The translations under genes were made by a program, and so were the position numbers. Positions 31,181 through 39,910 of a stretch of DNA of 64,000 nt are shown piece by piece (the first letter of the stretch is position 1; each line of letters begins with the position of its first letter). The notes beneath the pieces were generated by a model. The model was not told where the DNA came from. It made no database searches and saw only the letters and a program-made list of their open reading frames with translations. Origin of the DNA: an uncultured Planctomycetota bacterium. Its GTDB lineage: Bacteria > Planctomycetota > PLA2 > JAEUHO01. The stretch spans positions 1 to 64,000 of the forward strand of contig CAVVXN010000003.1 of the NCBI GenBank assembly GCA_963752285.1, written 5' to 3'.

Positions 31181-31773
31181 GAGGGTCCGCCTTCCCGTAC
31201 GTCGTGCGGGGGCCGTCGGCTACGCGGCGCTCCTTCGCGGTCCTCCGTCTCGGCGAGGAGGCTCCGGAGCGCGCGGTACGCCCGGTGGGCCCGGACCTTC
31301 GCCGCGCCGTGCGAGATGCCGAGCTCCTTGGCGACCTCGACCAGGGAACGCTCCTCGAGCCAGTGCCGGACCACGACGATCCGCTGCGTGACCGGCAGGC
31401 GGCCGAGCGCCCGGTCGAGGGCCCGACGCACTTCCCGCCGGCCGCGCTCCGAGTCCTCCGCCGCGGCCGTCTCCTCGACGAGCCGCTTTGGAGGGGGACG
31501 ACGTCGAAGCCGCCGGAGGAAGTCGCGCTTCACGTTCCGGGCGATCGTGAACAACCAGGGACGCAGCGGCCGCCCGGAGCGGTAGTCCCGCCGCGCCCGA
31601 TGGAGCTGGAGGAAGACCTGCTGGGCCAGGTCCTCGACCTCCGCGGGGCCGGGGCCGCCGCGGCGAAGCAGAGCGAGGACCGGCGCCCGGTAGCGGCGGA
31701 AGGCCTCCTCGAACGCGCGGTCGTCCCCCGTGACGTAGCCGCCCGTCCGCTCCTCGTCCGGGGCGGGCTCGAT
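31177..31773 (-). CDS. ECF sigma-70 factor (no canonical start visible for the full-length frame)
   Basis: The frame upstream of the listed ORF reads GDDRAFEEAFRRY...EDLAQQVFLQL...PWLFTIARN; region 4 EVAKELGISHGAAKVRAHRA. Confidence 0.85.
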   Translation of the reverse strand: MEPAPDEERTGGYVTGDDRAFEEAFRRYRAPVLALLRRGGPGPAEVEDLAQQVFLQLHRARRDYRSGRPLRPWLFTIARNVKRDFLRRLRRRPPPKRLVEETAAAEDSERGRREVRRALDRALGRLPVTQRIVVVRHWLEERSLVEVAKELGISHGAAKVRAHRAYRALRSLLAETEDREGAPRSRRPPHDVREGGPS

Positions 31774-31809
31774 GGACGATCAGGGTACTGGCGCGGGGCG
31801 CGGCCAGAT

Positions 31810-32889
31810 CTACTTGTCCTGGTACGTCCACGTCTTCGTCGCGTCTACGGGAGCGCCATCGGCCTCGGCGTACGGCGCCAGGAAGTAGTTGAGGGGCTCG
31901 CCCTTCTGCGGCGGCTCGAGGACGATGTCACGGCCGCGCGAGAGCGTCACGCGGTTCGGCGTGAGAGCGCCGAAGAAGTAGTCGGTGCGCTCCGGGTCCT
32001 TGTCGGCCTCCGATATGTCCACCGGCACCCACGTGCGGCCGGGCACCTGGAACCACGCCCAGCAGTGGTATCCGCCGACCGACGCCCCCTCGACCTCCTC
32101 GTACGGCAGGAACAGGCCGATCTGGAAGTCGGCCGGGATGCCCTGCGAGCGGCACAGTGAGATGAAGAGCGCGTGGAAGTCGGTGCAGTTCCCCTTGCCG
32201 GAGTCGCAGGCGTGCATGGTGTCGCCGCGGCCCCAGCCCGTGCCGGACTTGTCGTAGGTCATGTCGTGCATGACGCGGTCATAGAGGCCGCGCGCCTTCT
32301 CGAGCGTGGTCTCCTTGTCGCCGGCGGCCTCGTTCGCGATCTGCTTCACGTGGTCGTTCACGACCACCAACCGCTCGGGCTGCAGACGGGCCTCGTCCTT
32401 CTTCGCGTCGTCCTCACCCGCGGCAGCCAGCTTCTCGAGGTCGGTCTTGATCTCCTCGCGCCGGCAGTCGAAGCGCATGACGACCTGGACCTGGTCGCCC
32501 GGGTTCGGGATCTCGAAGTACGCGACGCGGTTCCCGTGACCCTTCTCGACGCCGACCTTCTCCTTCACGGGGGCGTCGAACGCGAGGTTCGTGATGGTCT
32601 GGGCGGTGGAGTCGGACGGTACGGGAACCCAGAGCGCGAGCTCTTTGGTGCCGGCGGGGATCTTCTCCACGTGCGCGGTGTACTCGATTTGGAACGACCG
32701 CGCGCCGCCGTCGGCGAGGTACGCCTTCGCCATCGTGATCGGCGGGATCGCCTTCGGCGTGCCGCCCGCGTCGCCGGAGGCGCCGACGTTCGCCCCCCCT
32801 CCGCCACCCGCCGCCTCGTTCGGACCCCCGCACCCGAGGACCCAGCACGCGAGGACCGCCAACACGAGCACCGACGAGAGCTTGTTCAT
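31810..32889 (-). CDS. Transglutaminase-like lipoprotein
   Basis: Lipobox VLGC; GNCTDFH, GYHCWAWF and WVPVD give a Cys-His-Asp triad. Confidence 0.9.
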   Translation of the reverse strand: MNKLSSVLVLAVLACWVLGCGGPNEAAGGGGGANVGASGDAGGTPKAIPPITMAKAYLADGGARSFQIEYTAHVEKIPAGTKELALWVPVPSDSTAQTITNLAFDAPVKEKVGVEKGHGNRVAYFEIPNPGDQVQVVMRFDCRREEIKTDLEKLAAAGEDDAKKDEARLQPERLVVVNDHVKQIANEAAGDKETTLEKARGLYDRVMHDMTYDKSGTGWGRGDTMHACDSGKGNCTDFHALFISLCRSQGIPADFQIGLFLPYEEVEGASVGGYHCWAWFQVPGRTWVPVDISEADKDPERTDYFFGALTPNRVTLSRGRDIVLEPPQKGEPLNYFLAPYAEADGAPVDATKTWTYQDK

Positions 32890-33138
32890 GCTGCCTCCAC
32901 CTCCGGTCGGACGACCGACGATGGACGGAGCATAGCTACCCTCCGAGCCCAGCCGCGCGGTGCGTGAGGCCTTCCGTGCGCGGCGCCTCGCGGGATCTGT
33001 CACGCCGATCGTCTGGGGAATTTCGATCGGCGTCCTCGATCCGAGGCGGGCGTCCCGGATGCGCGGTCTGCCGCCACGACGACCCCTTCGCTCTGGTTTC
33101 AATGCCCGCCCGCATATCGGCACCAAGGAGGAACGAGC

Positions 33139-33612
33139 ATGGCCACGAACCCGATTCCCGAGGGCTACCACACGGCGACGCCGTACCTGATCGTGAACGA
33201 CGGCGCGAAGGCGATCGACTTCTACCAGAAGGCGTTCGATGCGAAGGAGCGGTTCCGCATGGCGATGCCGGACGGCAAGCTCATGCACGCCGAGATCATG
33301 GTCGGCGACTCGCCCATCATGCTCTCCGACGAGCATCCCGCGATGGGCGCGAAGAGCCCGACGTCGTACGGCGGCACGCCCGTCAGCCTGATGCTCTACG
33401 TGCCCGACGTGGACCAGCGGTTCCAGACCGCGATCGCCGCCGGCGCCCGTCAGGTGCGGCCCGTGCAGGACCAGTTCTACGGCGACCGCTCCGGCACGCT
33501 GACCGATCCGTTCGGCCACATGTGGACGATCTCTACGCACGTCGAGGACGTCCCTTCCGACGAGCTCCGCCGGCGCAGCGAGGCGATGATGAAGGAGGCC
33601 TGCCGCGAGTAG
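33139..33612 (+). CDS. VOC/glyoxalase (PhnB-like) protein
   Basis: AIDFYQKAF, HAEIMVGDS, DQFYGDRSG..TDPFGHMW. Confidence 0.92.
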   Translation: MATNPIPEGYHTATPYLIVNDGAKAIDFYQKAFDAKERFRMAMPDGKLMHAEIMVGDSPIMLSDEHPAMGAKSPTSYGGTPVSLMLYVPDVDQRFQTAIAAGARQVRPVQDQFYGDRSGTLTDPFGHMWTISTHVEDVPSDELRRRSEAMMKEACRE

Positions 33613-33642
33613 ACGGCGCCGCGGGGGCCGCGGCGCCCGCGG

Positions 33643-36523
33643 TCAGTCGAGCGACCGCTCCGTCCACCAGTCCGGCTCGGCGAAGCGGACATCGGGGTCG
33701 GCGAGCGCGTCCCGCGCGACCTCGATCGGCGAGACCGTCGGGTCGGTCGGTCGGGCGAGGATCCAGCCCGCGCCGAGCGACGACGTCCGCTCCACCTCGA
33801 GCCCGCGACGCGCGGTCCACGCGCGCACGGCCTCGGGCGGGAGACGGGGGTCGAGGCGGAGGAGCACCCGGCCGGTGAGGGCCCGCGGTCGCCCGCGTCC
33901 TCGGGGTCCGTCCCGGAACACGCCGCCGGCCCGGGCCCCCGCGGCCCGGGCGGCGCGGACGAGCGCGCGCGCGTCGGCGCCCGCGCGGACCCGCCAGAGG
34001 CGGAACCCGGTCCCGCGGAGCGCGGCGCCGTCCACCTCGGGCCGCCCGGCCAGGCGCGAGGACGTGTCCGATCGGGTCCACTCGGCAACGAGCGCGTCGT
34101 CGCGGCGCGCGCGGTCCCAGCGGCAGCCGTTCCACCACGCGACCTCGTCGGGACCGGTCGTGGGCGCGGGTGGGCGCGCCGGCTCGGCGGCGCGCTTCGC
34201 GACGAGCGCCGCGGACGTCGCCGGCGCCTCGCCCTCGAGCGCCAGCGTCCAGCTCGACCACCACGAGCCGTACTCGCCCTCCCCGTCCCGGACGGTCAGG
34301 GTCCAGCCGCCGTCCGGTTCCTCGTCGAGGTCGCGCCACGTGACCAGCGGGATCCCGTCGAGCGAGCTGTCGTTCGTGTTCGTGAGACGAAGCGGCACGG
34401 CGAACACGCTCGTGGTTCCGGCGGGACTCGTGAGAGTGATCTCGAGGTCCGTCGCGGCCGGGTGGTCGATGAAGAGCGTGACGGTCGCGCGGTACACCTT
34501 CGTCAGGGAGGTGTCGCTCGCGACCGTGATCGTGCTGGAGGCGCCGTCCGGGTCCCCCGCCAGGACCGCGGCGTCCACGCTGGCGGTGCTCGACGTGGAC
34601 GCGAGGCCCGGCCGCGGCGTCCACGTCCGCGCGAGGTCCACGGCCGCCGCGGCGTCCACCACGCCGAACCCGTAGTGGGGGTTCACCCAGTGCCCGCCGG
34701 CGTTCAGCGTCCACTCGGAGTCGTTCGGGTCGTTCTTCCGTGCCGTCTCCGCGAGCACGAGCGGCACCTCCCACCAGCGCAGCGTCGGCCGGGCCTCGAG
34801 GACGAGCGCCACGACGCCCGTGACGAGCGGTGTGGCCGACGAGGTGCCCCCGAACGCGTTCGTGTAGCTGCTCGAGGAGTATCCCAGCGAGCCCGTGCGG
34901 TCGGTGGTCGTGATCCCGGGATGGCCCCCGGAGTCGTTGGACGGCGCGGCGACGAGGATGCACGGCCCTTCCTCTGAGTAGGACGTGTAGTGCCCGTCGG
35001 CGTTCACCGCGGCGATCACGTTCACGCCGCGGATGCCGTTCGTGCCGTCGAGGCCCGCGTAGGCCGGCGCCCAGTTGCCCGCCGCCTTCAGGTAGACGCT
35101 CCCGCGGCCTCCGCGGCCCGCGGACAGGCCCGTGGCGACGGCGGCGTGGAACGAGTACGGCGCCTCGGAGTAGCCGTAGAGGACGCCGCCGTAGATGGGG
35201 GGGGTGCCCCACGAGTTGTTGTACGCGTGCGTGTTCGCGGCGTTTCGGGCGAGGGCGTCCGCGATGTCGGCGTCCGTGGCGCCCGACGTGAGCACCGCGA
35301 AACCCTCGAGGTGGGCCTTCGGCGCGGCGCCGGTGATGCCGATGCCGTTCCCGCCCACGCCGGCGGCGACCCCGGCGACGGAGGTGCCGTGCTCGTTCCC
35401 GGTCGGGTCGTCGTCGTCGCCGCCGTAGTCCCAGCTCTCGCCCGAGGCCACGTTGTCCTGGAGGTCCTCGTGGGCGATCTCGAGCCCGTCGTCCACGATC
35501 CCGAGAAGCACACCGTCGCCCGTGTAGCCGAGGCCCCACGCTCCGACGACGTCCGCGTCCTCGCCGGCCGTGCTGCCCGAGACCTGCGCGGTGTTCTCGA
35601 GGTGCCACTGGCTCGAGAAGAGGGGGTCGTCGGGCGTGAACGTGGTGTACGTCCAGGCCGAGGCCATAGCCGGACGTACCGCCCCACGTGACGACGCCGA
35701 CGTCCACCGTACCCGGCGGGCCCTCCGCCGACAGACACGTGAGCGTCGCGTCGTCCTGGACCTCGACCGCCGTCGCCGCCGCGCTCCCGAAGTCCACCTC
35801 GACGACGCCCGCGTCGAACCCGCTGCCGGTCAGCGTGACGAGCGTGTAGCCGCCCGCCGGCCCGTGGTCGCGGTCGATACTCGCGAGCGTCGGCGCCGAC
35901 ACCGCGGCCCAGGCCGAGGCGAGCGACCCCGTGCCGTTCGCGTTCGTGACGACGAGGTCGTACGCGCCGAGTGCGGGCTGGGCGGGCACCCGGCAGACGA
36001 GACGCCGATCGTCCGCGACCGCCACGTCCGTCGTAGGGAGGCCGCCCACCGTGACGGTGGGCGGGCCCGCGTCGTTCGCGAGGAAGCCCGTCCCGAGCAG
36101 GGTGACGACCTGACCGCCTCCGAGCGGACCGCGCGCGGGGGTCACGACCGCCACGAGGGGCGCGGGGTGGTACGTGAACGCGCCCGCGAGCGTCGCGCTC
36201 CCGTGTCCCGTCGTGACGTCCAGGTCCGCCGGTCCGACCAGTCCCGGAGGCGTGACGCACGTGACCGTCGTTCCGTCCACCAGCACGACGTTCGTCGCCT
36301 CGGCGCCGTCGAAGAGGAGGCGGGGGAGCGTGCCGTCGGCGTTCCCGAGCCGGGTCCCCGTCACCGTCACCGAGGTGCCGCCGGCCGCCGCGCCCCCCGG
36401 CGGGTCCACCGCCGCGAGCGTCGGAGGCTCCGACGGGGTCGGCGCGGCGCTGCCGCCTCCGCCGCCGCAGCCCGCCGCGACGGTCAGCGCGAGGACGAGC
36501 GCGACGGAGCTGGATCGACGCAT
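33643..36523 (-). CDS. Lipoprotein: 3x IPT/TIG, kexin-like S8 protease, P-domain and C-terminal propeptide-like domain; frameshift at ~35670
   Basis: AAGC lipobox; catalytic motifs IVDDG, HGTSVAG, FGGTSSATP; YGFGVVDA; P-domain DLEITLTSPAGT. Confidence 0.88.
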
Positions 36524-36658
36524 GGGCGCACCCTCGACGAACGCGATGCCGATCATACGGTTCCCGACCCGCGCCGCGCGACCCGTCGCCGGAAGCGCCG
36601 GGGGCGCGGGGGCGCCTCCGCCTATACTGCGCGCGCCGCGGCGGCGGCGGGAGGGCGC

Positions 36659-37486
36659 ATGTCGGACGGGCTCAGGTCGGTTCCGACCCTGCTCGCGGCG
36701 GGGTACCCCACCGGCCTCATCACGATGGCGGTGCTCCTCGTCTTCTTCTTCGTGTCCCTGCTCCTCTACATCCGCTGGGCCCGGAAGGGCCGGGATCTCT
36801 ACGTCCGTCCGATCGGCGGCCTCGCCGCGATGAACGAGGCCATCGGCCGCGCGACCGAGATGGGGCGGCCGATCCTCTACGTCCCCGGCATCGCGGACGT
36901 GGACGACATCCAGACGATCGCCTCGATGGTGATCCTGAGCGAGGTCGCGAAGCTCGCGGCCCAGCACGACACCCGGACGATCGTGCCCACGAACAAGGCG
37001 CTCGTGTATCCGCTGGCGGAGGAGACGGTCCGGAACGCGTACCTCCACGCCGGACGTCCGGAGGCCTTCCAGCGCGACGACGTGCGGTTCCTCTCCGAGG
37101 ACCAGTTCGCCTTCACGGCCGGAACGACGGGCATCATGCTCCGTGAGCGGCCCGCCACGAACATCTACATGGGCGCGTTCTGGGCCGAGTCCCTCTTCCT
37201 CGCCGAGACGGGCTTCGCCGCCGGGGCGATCCAGATCGCGGGCACCGCGAACGTGTCGCAGCTCCCCTTCTTCGTGGCGGCGTGCGACTACACCCTGATC
37301 GGCGAGGAACTGTACGCGGCGAGCGCGTACCTCTCGCGCGAGCCGATGCTCCTGGGCTCGCTCAAGGCGTCCGACCTCTCGAAGCTCGTGTTCGGGGCCA
37401 TCATCCTCTTCGGGCTCCTCGCCGCGAACTTCCCGGACGAGTTCGGCTGGTTCACGAAGCTCTTCGACTTCACGTGGCCCCAGTGA
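36659..37486 (+). CDS. DUF6754-like membrane protein (operon gene 1)
   Basis: RPIGGLAAMNEAIGRATEMGRP, ACDYTLIGEELYAASAYLS; TATACT at 36623 and GGAGG RBS. Confidence 0.85.
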   Translation: MSDGLRSVPTLLAAGYPTGLITMAVLLVFFFVSLLLYIRWARKGRDLYVRPIGGLAAMNEAIGRATEMGRPILYVPGIADVDDIQTIASMVILSEVAKLAAQHDTRTIVPTNKALVYPLAEETVRNAYLHAGRPEAFQRDDVRFLSEDQFAFTAGTTGIMLRERPATNIYMGAFWAESLFLAETGFAAGAIQIAGTANVSQLPFFVAACDYTLIGEELYAASAYLSREPMLLGSLKASDLSKLVFGAIILFGLLAANFPDEFGWFTKLFDFTWPQ

Positions 37487-37507
37487 CGGGAGGCGGCACG
37501 GCGCTCC

Positions 37508-38161
37508 ATGTTCCGTAGGACCATCCCGCTCCTGCTCACGGCCATCGCCGGCGTGTTCATGATCATCTCGTTCTTCGTCCCCCCCGGCTGGGACGTGGCC
37601 GAGCTGGCCACCCGGATGAAGGACTGGGGCATCGTCATCGCCGCCTTCGCCGCGGTGCTCGGGGCCGGGAACATCCTCCGGGTCTCGTACCACAAGGCCC
37701 GTCGCGGTGAGGACCGGCCCTACAAGATCGTCCTGATCGTCTGCTTCGTGGTGACGACGGCCCTGGGACTGGTCGGCGGCATCCAGGACAAGACCGTGGA
37801 CACGTGGTTCGTGAACGCCGGCGCGAAGAACCCCTTCGACTGGGTCTACCAGAACATCCAGCTCCCCCTCGGGGCGACCATGTTCTCGCTCCTCGTGTTC
37901 TTCATCACCTCCGCCGCGTACCGCGCGTTCCGAATGCGCTCGCTCGAGGCGGGTCTCCTGCTGGTCGCGGCCGTGATCGTGATGCTCGGACAGCTCCCCT
38001 GGTCCAGCCAGATCGGCATGGACTGGCTGATGGGCTGGATCATGGGCGTCCCCAACGCCGCGGCGAAGCGGGCCATCCTCATGGGCGCGGCGATGGGCAT
38101 CGCGTCGATGTCGCTCCGCGTGATCCTCGGCATCGAGCGGTCCTACCTGGGGAGCGACTGA
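37508..38161 (+). CDS. Multi-pass membrane protein (operon gene 2)
   Basis: About six hydrophobic segments; ATMFSLLVFFITSAAYRAFR; ends GIERSYLG. Confidence 0.85.
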   Translation: MFRRTIPLLLTAIAGVFMIISFFVPPGWDVAELATRMKDWGIVIAAFAAVLGAGNILRVSYHKARRGEDRPYKIVLIVCFVVTTALGLVGGIQDKTVDTWFVNAGAKNPFDWVYQNIQLPLGATMFSLLVFFITSAAYRAFRMRSLEAGLLLVAAVIVMLGQLPWSSQIGMDWLMGWIMGVPNAAAKRAILMGAAMGIASMSLRVILGIERSYLGSD

Positions 38162-38164
38162 GCC

Positions 38165-38995
38165 ATGGCCGTCGGCAACATACTCTCGCGGATCGACCGC
38201 CGGCTCCTCTTCCTCTCGATGGCGATCGCGGTGATCGTCCCCTTCGTGCTGAAGGCGAAGCCCTCCGTCCAGCCGATGCAGTGGTCGCGCGACCTCTACG
38301 ACGCGGTCGAGGCCGTGAAGCCCGGTGGGGTCGTCCTCGTCTCCTGCGACTACGACCCCGGCTCCGAGGCCGAGCTGTACCCCATGACCGTCGCGATCTT
38401 CGAGCACCTGGCCCGGAAGGACGTGCGCGTCGTGATCACCGAGCTCTGGCCCGCGGCGGGGCCGCTGGTGAAGAGCGCGCTCGAGGAGACCTTCTACAAG
38501 CACGGGAAGAAGTACGGCATCGACTTCGTGGACCTCGGCTACAAGACCGGCGGGCAGATCCTCATCTCGAAGACCGTGGACTCGATCGCCCAGGCGTTCC
38601 CCGACGACGTGAACCAAACGCCCGTGTCGGAGATCCCCGCCATGCGCGGCGTGCGGAAGGCCGCGGACATCGACTTCTTCGTCAGCATCTCGGCGGGCAC
38701 ACCCGGCACGAAGGAGTGGGTGCAGCAGTGCCAGAGCCGGGTGGGGAAGCCCATGGGCTGCGGCGTCACCGCGGTCCAGGCGCCGGACCTCTTCCCCTAC
38801 ATCCTGAACCACCAGCTGATCGGGATCCTCGGAGGGCTCCGCGGCGCGGCCGACTACGAGGCGCTGGTCGGAAAGCCGGGGCGCGGCATCACGGGCATGG
38901 GGCCCCAGACGTACGGCCACCTCCTGATCGTCCTATTCATCGTCCTGGGGAACCTGGGCTTCCTGCTCTCCCGCGACGCGCCGAGGGCCTCGTGA
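38165..38995 (+). CDS. TM / alpha-beta domain / TM protein (operon gene 3)
   Basis: DYDPGSEAELYP, YGIDFVDLGYK, GILGGLRGAADYE. Confidence 0.85.
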   Translation: MAVGNILSRIDRRLLFLSMAIAVIVPFVLKAKPSVQPMQWSRDLYDAVEAVKPGGVVLVSCDYDPGSEAELYPMTVAIFEHLARKDVRVVITELWPAAGPLVKSALEETFYKHGKKYGIDFVDLGYKTGGQILISKTVDSIAQAFPDDVNQTPVSEIPAMRGVRKAADIDFFVSISAGTPGTKEWVQQCQSRVGKPMGCGVTAVQAPDLFPYILNHQLIGILGGLRGAADYEALVGKPGRGITGMGPQTYGHLLIVLFIVLGNLGFLLSRDAPRAS

Positions 38996-39759
38996 TGTCG
39001 CGCGGCAACCTCCTCCTCTTCGGCGGCACGCTCCTGGCGCTCCTCGGCACCGGGTTCCTGCTCGGCGACTTCGCCTCCTGGACGCTCTTCGGGACGCTGC
39101 TCGCCGCGTTCCTGACCCTGGCCGTGTTCTCGTTCCTCGTGCGAGACAACCCCCTCTACAAGCTGGCGGAGCACATCTTCATCGGGGTGGCGACGGGATA
39201 CGTGCTGGCGTACTCGTTCTGGAGCGTCTTCGTCCCCAACGTGTGGCGGCAGTTCCAGTCGCTCCGCCTGGGCACGGCGGCCCCCGAGGACCGGAAGTGG
39301 ATCTGGCTCCTCGTCATCCCCGTGCTCCTGGGCCTGCTCTTCTTCGCCCGGTTCGTACCCAAGTACGCCTGGCTCTCGCGCTGGTCGATCGCGTTCCTGA
39401 TCGGGGCGTACGCGGGCGTGAACTGCACCGGGTACTTCCAGACCGACCTGATCAACCAGGCCTCCTCCACCTTCCACGACTTCGGTCGCCTCCATCCGGG
39501 CCCGAACCACGGCTGGGTGGACATCCTGACCGTCAACGTCCCGATCCTCGTGGGGGTGCTCAGCACACTGACCTACTTCTTCTTCTCGAAGCCCCATCGC
39601 GGGGTGGTGGGCGTCTCGGCGCGGCTCGGCGTGTTCTTCCTGATGGTCGCCTTCGGCGCGTCGTTCGGCTACACGGTCATGGGACGCATCTCGCTCTTCA
39701 TCGGGCGCGTGCAGTTCCTGATCCAGGACTGGTTGGCGCCTCTGCACATCCTCGGCTGA
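38995..39759 (+). CDS. Multi-pass membrane protein (operon gene 4)
   Basis: FSFLVRDNPLYKLAEHIFIG, MVAFGASFGYTVMGR; TGATG coupling. Confidence 0.85.
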   Translation: MSRGNLLLFGGTLLALLGTGFLLGDFASWTLFGTLLAAFLTLAVFSFLVRDNPLYKLAEHIFIGVATGYVLAYSFWSVFVPNVWRQFQSLRLGTAAPEDRKWIWLLVIPVLLGLLFFARFVPKYAWLSRWSIAFLIGAYAGVNCTGYFQTDLINQASSTFHDFGRLHPGPNHGWVDILTVNVPILVGVLSTLTYFFFSKPHRGVVGVSARLGVFFLMVAFGASFGYTVMGRISLFIGRVQFLIQDWLAPLHILG

Positions 39760-39910
39760 CGCGCGCGGCGCGGTCCATGGTCGAGCCGGATCGCGCCGAT
39801 CGGAAAGAACGAAGATTCGCGTGCTCATCGTTTGCACGCTCAGTCGGAGTTCCCTGCAACTTCGTTGCGACACGATGCACGATGTCGCGAGGGATTGCTG
39901 GAGACCTCCG

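Noticed and set aside
33533..38920. 1795-aa ORF and other long antisense/alternate-frame ORFs
   Set aside because: These are high-GC shadow frames; only the 35670-36523 part is real coding sequence (IPT domains).
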